From Malacoraja senta (Eukaryota): a stretch of 45,382 bases of DNA. Numbering within the stretch: the stretch's first letter is position 1; every line of letters starts with the position of its first letter. The DNA is taken from positions 62,001-107,382 of the forward strand of contig JAXLNO010000111.1 in NCBI GenBank assembly GCA_038087875.1, in the 5' to 3' direction. Positions 33,400 through 45,382 of this stretch are shown one piece after another. The notes under the pieces were generated by a model. It searched no databases and was not told the origin of the DNA. It saw nothing but the letters and a program-made list of their open reading frames with translations. Both the position numbers and the translations under genes were made by a program.

Positions 33400-35720
33400 C
33401 AGTCAGGTCCAAAAGTGCTGATAACCAATTGTGGCATCATGACAGACAATTTCATTCAAGGATCAGCTGAGCAGAACTGGATAGAAACAACACAGGGCCC
33501 AGACAAGGTCCTAGTTATACTACCAAATATTTGTGCTCCTGAACTACCCTCTGCCCTAACCAAGCTGTTCTAATACAGGTACAACACGGACATCTACTCA
33601 CTAAGGTGGCAAATTGTCCAGGAATGTTTTTCACATAAAGAACTGACTAAATTCAACCTGGACAAATAATGGCCGTTTACTCACTGAAATTAACAAAGAG
33701 ATGCACGGTGTTTGGCAGCAGAGCTATAAAATGATAGTAATTTGGTATAACATCCTTAACAATACCAAGTTTGGCCTTTGCTTAAATTATGTAGTTCCAA
33801 TCCTTATTGGAGACTTGGCCCAATAAAAACATCCATCATCATTAGCTTGCATTTATATTGCACATTTAATCTTGTTTTCTAAAACACCAAAGTGTATTAT
33901 ACTGTGTGACAGCAAAGTTCGACATTATCCAGCCTCTTCCCACCCTCACATCATCTTCCCACCCTCATACTCCATCAACTCCATCTACAGTTCACATTAA
34001 CTCACAAAAAAAGCCAATGTAATCAAGGACTATTTAGAGCACAGTCACTCCCTGCTCTCCCCTTTCCCATCCGAGAGAAGGTACAAAAGCTTACAAGCAG
34101 ATACCACAAGATTTAGGAAATGTTTCTTGCTTGCTGTGGTCAGACGCTAAACTGTCCTCCACAAGCTAGGGTATCGTGCCGATCTCCCAATCTACCTCAT
34201 TGTGGACCTTGTACTTGTTTTTATTTACACTTCCTCTGTAACTGTAATACTATAATGCTGTTACACTATATTCTGCACTATGAATCATAATCATAATCGT
34301 AACTTATTAGCCAAGTATGTTTTGCAACATACGAGGAATTCGGTTTGCCATACAGTCATACCAAAAATGCAACAAAACACACAACTACATAAAATTTGGC
34401 ATAAAGATCCACCACAGCAGCCCCTCCCCATTCCCCACTGTGATTGGAGGCAATAAAGTCTTATCTTCATTTCCTCCTTTTCTCCCGCAGTTGGGGGAGT
34501 CGAACCATCCACAGTCGAGGTGATTGAAGCTCCCGCAGCCGGTGATCGAAGCTCCCACGTCGGGGCGATCGAAGCCCCCGCGTGCTTGGAGCTCCCGAAG
34601 TGGGTCTCTAACCAGCGACCAGAAGAAGCGTCCCATCACGAAACAGCCTATTCATGTTCCCCAGAGATACTGCCTAACTCGCCAAGTTATTCCAGCACTT
34701 TGTATCTTTCTCTGCGGTATTCTTCATTTTGCACTACATGTTGCACTTGTGTATGGCCTGATTCTGCTCATGTATAGTATGATTTGACTGGATATTACAT
34801 AAACAAAGTTTTTCATTGTATCAATAATAAGCCAAAACAAATGCCACAAAGGCAGGAGTAAGCTTTAGGACAATATTAAATGCACAGATGTTGAAGGCAC
34901 ATATACAAAAGATTAGAGTCCTGACTATCATCAATAAAGGTGTCAAAAGGTATGATCAAAGGAATAACATCGAGATGTTTGCAAGGCTAGAGGACAGTAG
35001 AGATAAAAGGAAGACCATGGCAGGATTGGAAACTGATTGGGAACTATAAATTTGAGGTGTTGTTTAATAGGGACATGAAGTAGACCAAGTAGCAAGAGAT
35101 GATGGACAAACTGGAGTAGATGCCCATTGAGACGTGGGCAGAAAGGTTTTTAGATATCCTTAAGAATATAGAGGAGAGGAGGAGAGGACACTCTAACGTA
35201 TGTCGGAATAGTTATCTGCGGAGAAGCATAGGGATGGATGAGGCTTTGCTGATACTAACTCAGACTTGGTGTGGAGAGTGGTTAGGGATGAGAGATAGCA
35301 GTCAGGCAATGCTGGAGATGAAAATGTGACTTAGTATCACTAATGTTCTCTCCAGACCAAATCTTAGACAAATGTACCAATTGAAACAGAATCTGTTTCA
35401 GACAGAAGCCATGAAGGAAGATTGGAAATATGTCACAACCTTAAAAATACATGTATTAAAAAAAAAAAAGCCTAGAGATAAGGGCCAGTGATTGTGCTTG
35501 ACACCAGGGTGTCATTTGACCAAGCATCACATTGAAGAACCCGTGTATAGTCTAAAGTCAATGAACATCTTGGAGAAAACGTTCCCCTGGCTAAAGTCAC
35601 ATTCGGGTCATGAGATGACTGCAGCTGTTGGAGGCTCATCAATCCCAGGATGCTGCTATACGAGATCCTCAGGGCAGTAGCCGAGACGAAACTGTCTTCA
35701 ATTATCAAATAACATTTCTT
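33400..35720 (+). mobile_element. Very old LINE RT remnant in two pieces (~33400-33830, ~35470-35720) separated by later insertions
   Basis: GPDKVLVILPNICAPELPSALTKLF, then VIVLDTRVSFDQ...EKTFPWLKSH...PQGS: RT motifs in the expected order, with stops. Confidence 0.55.
34283..34600 (-). mobile_element. 5'-truncated relative of the 1015-1647 retroposon
   Basis: (atcata)n tail, ttagccaagtatgttttgcaacatacgaggaatt, gaagctccc repeats. Confidence 0.8.
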
Positions 35721-37014
35721 TTGGGACAAGAAGAGATCTGATGATAGTGACACTAAACTAAATTGGGAGGTTGGAGGTTTTAATGAATTTGGGAATGATC
35801 AGAATTAGAGGGTTGAAATATTTTTTGTGTTGGGGAAATGACGTTGAGCTGTTCCCACATGCAAATTGCTGGTTGGAATCAAACTCTTGTTTAAAACAGA
35901 AGTAGGACATTCGTACCTTTGTGCTTGCCTCATTAGCGTTACTCTTTGCATGACTCTCCAGTGCTTTACATTTCAAATGCATACCCAACTTTCTCTGAAA
36001 GTTCTAATTGAATCAGCTGCCACAACATTTTCAGGCTGTGCATGCCAGATCATATCAACTTATGCAAGAAACTTTCCTCATCAAACATGGCTCTTTGCCA
36101 ATTAAATTCATGTTATTTGGTTGCCCAGCCTTGCGGTTGATATCTATTCCTGGCTAATGTCCCGTCCCTATTCAAGTTTTAGTTTTATCCTCCGTGACTT
36201 ATGTAGTACACCCCTCTAGGGAATTACTGCACCCCCTTTCTTAAAATGGCAACGCTGGCAAAATCCTTGAGAAGTCATGGCAATGTACTTTTTTTTTAAA
36301 ACGGCCAGCACAATAACCGAGAAAGTGATTCATGAATAGCAAGCCTGGACATGGCCACTAATCTTTCTACGTACAACCAACTCCACAAGGACCGTCATCT
36401 GTCCTGGTTGATCCAGCTGCTTGTAGCAAAAGGATAGCTCTTCACCTGCAGCAGAAGGATGCCCCGAGAGAGTGACCTTCATCAAAAGTGTTTCCTATTG
36501 ACAAACCCCTCCCTCTGAATGTTCACAGTTGAGTGGAAAACATCAAGTTATTTAACATTGACATTTTTGCATTTCAACAATCAAAAGCAGCCTTTATGAT
36601 GGTTGAGCTTTGCAGATCATTGCTATGCCTGGAAGAAAGCTGGAACTTTGCCAAAGCACGTTTTGATCTGCAAGAAACAAATTAAAATGGCTGCTACACT
36701 CATTACTGGTGCAGGTTCAGTGGACAAACTGCACATCCCCTACACGTTTCAACTACCAAACTAACAAAGGTGGTCTAAAATAAAAACAACTTTCATTTTG
36801 CCCAAGAGTGAGCAAAATTTAAATTCACCTTTCAAGGTTAATGACTGCGTCAGACCCAGGAAATGCTGTTTAATAGGATACCTATTTCTCTTCTGAAATG
36901 CAGACGAAGCAGATTAAATACAATAAGATTCTATGATCAATGTCTGCAATGAGTGAGGTAAATTAATACGTAATCTAATTTTGGTGTTGTTGATAAATGT
37001 TGATCAGGACATGC

Positions 37015-37170
37015 AACGATGTACAGGTTTGTAGGCTAATTCTCTTGGTATAATTGTAAACTGTTCCTAGTGTATGCAGTGTATGTAGTGTTAGTGTGCG
37101 GGGATCACTGGTCGGCGTGGACTCAGTGGGCTGAAGGGCCTGTTTCCACACTATATTGTTAGACTAAACT
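37015..37170 (+). mobile_element. HE1-type V-SINE 3' part
   Basis: gtacaggtttgtaggctaatt...gaagggcctgtttcc. Confidence 0.8.
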
Positions 37171-37659
37171 AATCTTGTGTTTTAAAAAAAATATTGCTGT
37201 GGGACTTTTAACGTGTGCTCCACCAAACCTTACTTTAACATCCCAGAAACACAACCTGCCTCAAGACTACAATAAACATTTAATATCATCCGTTCACAGG
37301 CTGGAGAGAAAGGCGTACTCACAACATACTAACTTACAGGGGAGAGTTTTGAGCTACATTAAAACTTACGAAAACATGAGCATCATCAAAATGTAGCCGA
37401 AAGGTTAGAGAGTGGAGAAAAGGCAAGAGCACTGGACAAAAAGAAAGTACTTGCTCTTCTATTATTCCATTTACGTCTACAGAATATCCCAAAGTAGGGC
37501 ACAAATAATGAAGTGTAGTCAGTGTGTTTTTGTAGGACCATTGAGGCAGACTAATGTATGCAGCAACTGCTCACAGCAGTGAAATCTATAACCTGGTTGT
37601 CTGCGATGGTTACACTGCCGGAAGGTGAAGTGGAGACTAGTCCAACTTGCATGCCTTAC

Positions 37660-37734
37660 CTCAGTGAATGCTTATTTGTTCGGGGGTAAATGCAAGGAAA
37701 ATGGGTGGAATGCCAGATTGTTCCAAGTGTTGGC
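37660..37734 (-). other. Candidate 75-nt exon (no ATG; UTR, non-coding or phase 2-2)
   Basis: Minus strand ctccctctcccacccctctatcag|GCCAAC...CTGAG|gtaagg. Confidence 0.3.
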
Positions 37735-38176
37735 CTGATAGAGGGGTGGGAGAGGGAGATTGCTTCCCTTCTCATTTTCCTGCTGAGCCATGGGCAAGGT
37801 TTTACCAGCACTAAGGGTGCAGAGAGAACCCGGTGCATGTGGTAAGCTCGCTGCAACCATAAAAAGCTGCTCTCTCCCGCCCTCCCACATCTCCCAATCA
37901 AGCTAACACAATTTCCTAAACCCCAACTGAGCTTCCACCCACTGGAGTTGCTCAGAAACGAAAGACATTTGTGATGGTGGTGGTGGTGGTGGTAGTCAGG
38001 AGTTGGAATGTTTAATAAAGGAAAACATGGCTAATTCTGCATTCATAGGCAAGAACAGAAACTATTGCTGGATACACTCTGACTATGATTTGATATATTC
38101 ATATAAACTGAAATGAGGCCAAGTCCACTGAACTGGGCTCCATTGGAGAATGATGGTGGGCATGATGAGGGTATGA

Positions 38177-38405
38177 GTATTTTCACCCAGAGAGTTGTGA
38201 AAATCTCTGTCACAGAAGGCAGTGGAGGCCAATTCACTGGATGTATTCAAGAGCGAGTCAGGTAGGTGTTAAGGCTAACGGAATCAAGGGATATGGGGAG
38301 CAAGCAAGAACGGGGTACTGATTTTGGATGATCAGCAATGATCATATTGAATGGCAGTGCTGGCTCGAAGGGCCGAATGGCCTACTCTTGCACCTATTTT
38401 CTATG
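38177..38405 (+). mobile_element. CR1 3' end
   Basis: Same family as 1648-1905. Confidence 0.9.
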
Positions 38406-38639
38406 ATGTCAAATGTTGCGGAGATGTTGATAAGGATGAGGAATCAAAGGAATCAAAAAATCATGCACACAGGGAACAGGGCAGTTACATTCTTACTTGC
38501 TATAAGCTCATGAATGGAATAACACAAATAAATATACACCAACCATGAAATGCAATTGATTAATCAGTAATATTAGGTACACACACCATAACAGCACAAT
38601 ACTGAAGTATGTAGTGCAATCTAAAACAGTTTATGAAAG

Positions 38640-39480
38640 ATTGCTTCTGAGGTAGGGTTGTGCAGTGTTGTTCAAGAGCCTGATGGTTGTTGGGAAGAAG
38701 TTGTCCAGGTAATGTCCACCATTTTCTGCTGTCTCCTTCGTTCCTGGTTGTTCGAATGATAAAACCAGGCCATGATGCAAACAGTCAGTTTGGTCTCCAC
38801 TGCAGAAGTTTACAAGGGTATTCTTGACCCCCAGGAATGTTGACTCTCATATCGATGAGAACAGGATCATGGATCCTTGGCTTTTCCTTGCTGCAGTCAA
38901 CAATCAGCTCCCACCTTGCCGGCGTTGAAAGCATGATTGTTGTTTTGCCACCATTCAATCAGCTTATCAATCTTCCTTCTGTATTCCTACTCATCATGGC
39001 CCATCATTCGGCCAACAATGGTGATATTGTTAGCGAATATAAAGATGGCATTGTCATGGTGTCTGGCCTTAGAGTCATGGGGTTAGTGGAAGCAGAACAG
39101 GCGACTGAGCACAAAGCCTTGAGGTGCTTCTGTGCTGATGGTCATCAAGGAGGAAGTGTGGTTGCCAATTCATACTGATTGAGATCTGCCGATGAGGACA
39201 TCAAGGTTCCAATTGCAGAGGGACAGAGGGGCTGTGGTGGCCCAGAGAAGGCATTTCAATGCTCTCCCTATCAAAGCAAGCATTAAACTTATCTGGGTAT
39301 GATGCATCGCTGTCACAGCTGTCAAATGTCCATCCAGTTTCGACCAAAACTATATTTTTGTATTGTCAATGGGCTTCTTAGGATTGTACCTGGACTTCTT
39401 TTATACAACTCTGAATCGCCACACATGAATGACCGAGATCTGGTCCTTAGTAGATCGTGTACCTCCTGCTGCATCTGGTT
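38640..39480 (-). mobile_element. Degenerate Rex1/Babar-like LINE fragments
   Basis: Reverse of ~39380-39474 gives MQQEVHDLLRTRSRSFMCGDSELYKRS; 38830-39210 resembles decayed RT. Confidence 0.65.
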
Positions 39481-40379
39481 AGTGATCCCAGACTCTAATA
39501 GACTCTATTAGTGTTCAAAACCAGATTCCAAAAGACCAATGCATTGGATTAGATACCGGGGCAATAAGAACTGACTCATAACTCTGCCTTTGTGTCTGAA
39601 GAAAATAAAACATGCTCGCTCGTGCTTTTTCTCCTCAAAACAGAACAGTGAAACAAAGAGATTAGCGTTCTACAAAATATAAATTATATTAAAAAGGAAA
39701 TATTTTGTAAAACAATCTTATTGAATTGTTGACTGTACAATAAATCAATTTCATGAAAGAGTAATCATATTTAAAAAACAAAAACAAATACTTTAGAGCA
39801 ATTTCATGACTCTAACATGATGGTAAAGGTACAAATCAAATTTTGAATCCATTCCTTTACTTTAGCATCAGAAGGCTTCCTGCATGCCTCAAATGGATTG
39901 CAGCTGCTTTATTTTTAAACTTACTCCCAGCTACCTATTATTCTACATGAATACACTTTGCCAAGCTGTGTCACTGTGTCTGCAGTCACACAGTTACTTT
40001 TTGGCAGATAATTACATCATCTGTAAACTCATTGCCTACCTTTTCTCTTTGAATTTATTCCCCACTTGACTGCCGTACAGCTGTCTCTACAACGGATGTC
40101 CTTTTAGTCATTGCCTTAGATAACATCACTAATAATGCCAATTGTTGGTTAAAGTAGACAGCCACGTATCAATGAGAGAGATATCAATAGTATACGTGAT
40201 AAGTGGAGGAAAACAAGAAGCATCACACTCTTAAATTCTGATAGGTACCCAATGAATGGAAAGACATTGAGCCATGGCTACTAAGAACATAACCTAAATA
40301 TGTTGTCACATGAAAGAAATTGGCACTAAAATAGTTAGGGGAAATTTGTTCACTTACAAATTAGTTAGCTAATAAGGTC

Positions 40380-41190
40380 ATAAGGAATAGTAAAATTAGG
40401 CCATTTTGCCCGTCAAGTCTACTCCGCCATTCGATCATGGCAGATATATCTCTCCCTCCTAACCCCATTCTCCTGCCTTCTCCCATTAACCTCCGACAGC
40501 TGTACTAATCAAGAACCTATCTACTGTATCTCTGCCTTAAAAATATCCACTGACTTGGCTTCCACAGCCGTCAGTGGCAAAGAACTCCACAGATTCACCA
40601 CCCTCTGACTAAAGAAATTTCTCCTCATCTCCTTCCAAAAAGATTGTCCATTAATTCTGAGGCTATGACCTCTAGTACTCTGTGTAAAAAAGAAAATTGT
40701 CCCACACATCTCCTTTAAACTTTCTTCTCAATTCCTCACTACCTTAAAGCCATGTCCTCAGGTAAATCACAATTCCACCTCGGGTAAAAGCTTCAGACTG
40801 TCTACCCTATCCATGCTTTTCATAACTTCATATACTGCTATCAGGTCTCTCCTCAACCTCCAATGCTCCAGAAAAATCAATCCAAGTTTTATCCAACCAC
40901 TCCTTATCGCCAATACCCTCTAATTCAGGCAGCATTCTGATAAACCTCTTCTGCATCCTTCCCAAAACCTTCACATCCTTCCCGAAACGGGACAACCAGA
41001 ACTGCACACATAATCCAAATGCAGTCTAGGCAAAGTTCGAAAGTTGCAAAAAGACTTCCTGACCCTTAAACTCCCTGACTCTTCCTGACATCATGCCTGA
41101 CTGATGAAGGCCAGCTTTATATCATACCATATGCCTTCTTTACCACTCTATCTACTTATGTTGCCACATTCAGGGAGCTATGGCCATGGA
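40380..41190 (-). mobile_element. CR1 3' fragments (two adjacent pieces of different age)
   Basis: TRGHSLRINGQSFWKEMRRNFFSQRVVNLWSSLP. Confidence 0.85.
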
Positions 41191-41649
41191 TCTTTGGGAT
41201 GTCTGGAAGTCATTGGAACATAATGGAATTACGTCACCCTTTCATCATATTGCAAATAGCACAACTTAGGGGCAGTAAAGCGATTTAAAGATGGGGCCAA
41301 GTGTTGGTGTTGGGCACAAGGAAATTGAAGGATACCGTCGCAATGGTGTAGCATCTAAATAAGATGGAGAAACAATTGAGATGAGTTGGGTGTGAAACAA
41401 TGAGGGAGCGAGCATCATGAAAGGATGGAGATATAGACTGCTGAAGCAGCTAGAGGCTGTGTCAAGTTATGAGGCTTTTTTCACCAGATCATCATTGGTG
41501 TTATGTCCTGCTCAGATGTCATGATGCAAGGACTTCAGGTGGAGAGGTGAATAGGAAACTGAATAACTAATGGCTTGAATTGGAGAATATAATTTGGTGT
41601 TGTAAATCAGACCTCGGATTGAAAACAGCTCTCCCCTAGACGGCGAGCA

Positions 41650-42100
41650 ATTGCAGAGAGTTGTGTATCACACAGATTAGATTCCCCACCATCGATTCCT
41701 TCTACATTTCATGCTACTTTGGAAAAGTAGCCTACGTAATCAAAAACTTGTCCCATCCCGGGCATCGTTTCTCCTCCCTGCTCCCGTTGGGCAGAAGGTA
41801 CAGAAGAAGCATGAAACAGGTTCTTCCCCTATATTATCATGCTTCTGAATGGTCCTTCCATTAGCGATGATGCTGTCCAATTCACCACTACCCAATTGCG
41901 GATATTAGACTTTATCTCTGGAACAGGTGTGTTACAATGCTGCAATCTATACTCTACACAATGTTTCTCTTCACTCTACATATTGTACTTGAGTTCAGCT
42001 TGTTGTATCTATGTATTGTATTATCTGATTCGATGAGGTAACAAGCACAAAGCTTTTTACTGTACCTTGTTACATGTGACAATAGTAAACCTAAACCTAT
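41650..42100 (+). mobile_element. Rex1/Babar-like LINE 3' end
   Basis: SHPGHRFSSLLPLGRRYR; tail gtgacaatagtaaacctaaacc. Confidence 0.7.
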
Positions 42101-42812
42101 ATTTTTCTTCTGAATCTTTGTTGAAAAAAAATCATGATCATAAGCAAACAACAAAGGAAATAAATTGCCTGAGGCTGCTGCTTTATTAATTTTAGTCTGA
42201 ATATCATGGTGGGGCAGGAAAAGCAGACTGTTGTAATTATATAGTATATCAGGGCATAAGAATTCTTCAGAAGTTATGCAAAAGCTTTCTAAAGTACATG
42301 TCAGAATACTTGTTTGTTGGTTTTCCCAGCCAACATTTTTTCTCTCTCCCTGCTTACATACATATATTATACACATGTAGAGTTAAAAGGTTGCAGGGAA
42401 GAGATGGCAGGAAGCATTAACAACAAAGTATCTCGAAAGACATGAAGGAAGTTTTAAAAGGGATTGTAAAAACAGATCGGATGCAAGTCCTGTCAAATAA
42501 ATTCACACATATCATGTAGAAAAAAAGAGGCCAGACACTTTGGTGTACAAAATAGAGAGGCAGAGTATAATTTTTTTTATGCTGACAGATAAGGAAATGT
42601 TGATCTTCACAGGGTTTTTGGTGTGCTTATGCACGTCACTGAAAGTTAATATGCAAGTTAAGATAGCAATTAGGAAGGCAAATGATGGCCTTCATTATGA
42701 AGCGATTTGAATATAGGTGTAAAGATATCTTGCTGAAATTATATAGGACCTTAATCAGACCATACTTAGAATACAGGACACAATTTTGGTATTCTTACCA
42801 AATAAAAAGGAC

Positions 42813-42970
42813 ATTGCAAAAAGTTCTAAACACCTGTTTTTGCTTCTTCATTCTGGGGTATTGTGTGTAGATTGATGATAAAAAAAGAATTTAATCTATT
42901 TTAAAACAAGGCTGCAACATAACAAATTGTGGAAAAAATGAAGGGGTCTGAATACTTTCTGAATGCACTG
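42813..42970. mobile_element. Tc1/mariner terminal inverted repeat fragment
   Basis: Reverse complement begins CAGTGCATTCAGAAAGTATTCAGACCCCTT, a typical Tc1 terminus. Followed by TG rather than TA. Confidence 0.8.
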
Positions 42971-43213
42971 TGCTTACCACTTGAGGGAGTGCAGTGAATA
43001 ATTACAATGAAGGTTGGTTCCTGAGATGGTGGGCTCAGGAGAGATTGAGTAGACTAGGCCTTTATTCTTTGGAGTTTAATATGACTTTTCATTCTTATCT
43101 TGCAACTTACAACATTTCTGGAGGACTCAGCAGATCAGTTGCTGGGAGGATGTTTTTCCTGGATGAGGAGACTAGAACGAGAGACACAGTTTCAGAATAA
43201 GGGGTAGCCCATG

Positions 43214-43969
43214 CAGGCACGGAAATCACTATCAAAATATGGAGGGGACTGGGGGACAGGGGGGACACAATTTCTTGGCGGCCGCGCGCACATGCGCACT
43301 CACACACACGGGCGCGAGGCTTCGGAGGCTCAATCCAGTGCTAAATGCAGCTCAACTCTGCCTGTCTCGCCGGGTTAACCTACAGCTCTGCCTGGACTGA
43401 TGGGAAACCAGCGCTGCTTCTCCACGCTGACTGTAAGCCTGGGCCATATTTCTCGCAGGTCCAGGCAGGGCTGTAGGTTAACCTGGCGGGACAGGCAGAG
43501 TTGAGCTGGGTTTAGCGCTGCTTCTCTGCGCTGGCTGTGGGCCTGGGGGCACCGCTCCCGTCTGACTCCCGACCTCTCTGGCCACCCCCAGGTGTGGGGG
43601 GGGGGGGTTTGGGGGGTGCACTCGGGTGGGGATGGGACAGCGCCGGAGAGCCCGGATCGATCCTGGCTGCGGATGAGGCGCAGGGCTGTGCCGAGAGTGT
43701 TTTGGCACGTCTCCCACCTCCAATCATCGTGCTGAATTATCATGGTCCCGCCCCCATTGCTTGCTGACCGATGTCTCTCGTCCAATCAGCGCCCTCGATC
43801 AGCAGTCCCACCCCCACTGTCTTGCGGAAAGCGGAGATTTCACCGGTTTTTAAAATCCGGATTACAAAAAATGGGGGGGGGGGGGGGGACTATCCCCCAC
43901 CTCTCAAAACATGGGGGGGGTGGACATGTCCCACCTCCCCACCCCCCCCCCCCTGGATTTCCTCCCCTG
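43214..43969. mobile_element. Non-autonomous DNA transposon with CAG...CTG termini (hAT-like)
   Basis: TIR CAGGCACGGAAATC / CAGGGGAGGAAATC (11 of 14); interrupts CR1 cleanly; no 8-bp TSD visible. Confidence 0.5.
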
Positions 43970-44469
43970 TAGGTCTGAGACGAGGGGAAATTCCCTCACC
44001 TCAAATCTTTAGAATTCTCTATCGGGGGTGAACTACCCAAGATTGTGGCCACTGAATCAGTCAAAATAGACATCGGTAGATTTCAGAAAGAGGAAGTAAA
44101 ATGACGAAGTAGAAGAGCAACTATGTTCCTGATCCCTTACTAAGTTACCTTAAACCTCTCTCCTCGACATGAGTGAACTTGAGACTCAATGAACAGTGCT
44201 GGGGCTTGAGAATGGGGGCTGGATGTATGACCAGAGTCAGAGGTCATGGAGGTAGGCCGGATGTGCAGCCCTACATAGATGTGGGCCAGGTGTGTACCAG
44301 ATCTAGCCAATTCTGATGAAAGGTCTTTCTGAAGCATTAATTCAATTTTGTTCTCTGTAGATGCTGCTTGGCCTACTGTGTACTTGAGGATTTTTTGGTT
44401 TGTCAGGCTGCAGTTCTCCAAATTTCTATTTGTTATTTTCCTTTGTGATTATGACATTACAAATTCTGG

Positions 44470-44770
44470 GCAGCACAGTGGTGCAGCAGTAGATCTGCTG
44501 CCTTAGAGCGCCGGAGACCCAGGTTTGATCCTAACTATGGGTGTTGTGTGTGCAGAGTTTGTATGTTCTCCCTGTGACAAGATGTCTTTTTTCCAGGTTC
44601 TCCGATTTCCTCCCACACTCCAGAGACGTTCATTTTTGTAGGTTAATTGGCTTCAGTAAAACAGTCAATTGTCCCTTGTATGAAGGATAATGCTAGTGTA
44701 AGGGTTTTTGCTGGTTGGCATGGACTCAAGGGGCAGAAAGGCCTGTTTCTCTGCTGTATCTCTAAAGTTT
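44470..44770 (+). mobile_element. HE1-type V-SINE, full length
   Basis: gcagcacagtggtgcagcagtagatctgctgcc...gctgtatctctaaa. Confidence 0.9.
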
Positions 44771-45382
44771 AAAGACAGCTGAGTTAGATGAGGCTTTATG
44801 ATTGACTCTTACAGAACTAGAATTATTGCAGCAGAGGAGGGTCACTTGGTCATTGATGGTTTGTTGCAAGAACAACCAATATTGCTCCATTGGCAATTTC
44901 ACTTTTGCTCTGCCAAACCATTTTTTTACTTTCAAGTACTTGCTCAGTTCCCTTTTGAAATCAGTGACTGAATCTAGTTCTAATGTCCTATGTGGCAGCG
45001 ATTTCCAGCTAACTACTGGTGCTTGAGAGAGAGAGAAAAAAACTATTAGTGATGTGCAGTCCTGATTTTATCTGCTGTGTCTCCAGTGATTTATTCCACT
45101 GTCACAAATTCCAATTGACTACACAGGGCTACATGTGAATGTGTGCAAAAACCTGAGAATCTATCAGGACCGGTGGTCTACTATCACAACATGGAACACA
45201 CATCAGTGAAACTATGCATCGAATCAAGAGTGTTTAAATTGTTATATGTACCGATAATGGAACAATGAAATTCTTACTGGCAGCAGCCCAACAGGCCTTT
45301 AACACAACACGCATAGATAATATATAATAAACATAAATTCAATACAGTAATAATCCTGATACAATTGCAATGTAGCACTTGA

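Larger units (their letters stand above)
42600..44085 (+). mobile_element. Old CR1 ORF2 3' fragment hosting Tc1 and hAT-like insertions
   Basis: MAFIMKRFEYRCKDILLKLYRTLIRPYLEY; ERLSRLGLYSLEF. Confidence 0.8.

Noticed and set aside
44311..44340. Additional hammerhead (ctgatgaaagg...)
   Set aside because: The GAAA box and helix II are lost; only a decayed older Penelope repeat remains.

Overview
Eukaryotic, repeat-dense, essentially non-coding DNA. The repeat set suggests a cartilaginous fish, probably a skate or ray (inference): HE1-type V-SINEs, CR1/HER1 LINEs, a Deu-domain SINE, Penelope-like elements, Rex1/Babar-like and L1 LINE pieces, and PIF/Harbinger-like MITEs with TWA target duplications. 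No intact host gene is recognisable. The only long ORF (9365-11623, minus) is a 5'-truncated CR1 ORF2 that reads through from flanking MITE sequence. Main points: (1) many short Penelope-derived elements carry a minimal hammerhead-ribozyme-like core (CUGANGA...GAAACGUH), some with 10-17 bp TSDs and some as head-to-head palindromes; (2) two copies of one Harbinger-like MITE carry such a double-hammerhead palindrome at the same internal position; (3) there are deep nested insertions with readable TSDs; (4) a Tc1 TIR fragment resembles teleost elements; (5) several strong minus-strand splice-signal sets occur, two of which would join into an ATG plus signal-peptide-like N-terminus. Family names come from my recognition of the sequence, not database searches, and boundaries of old repeats are approximate.
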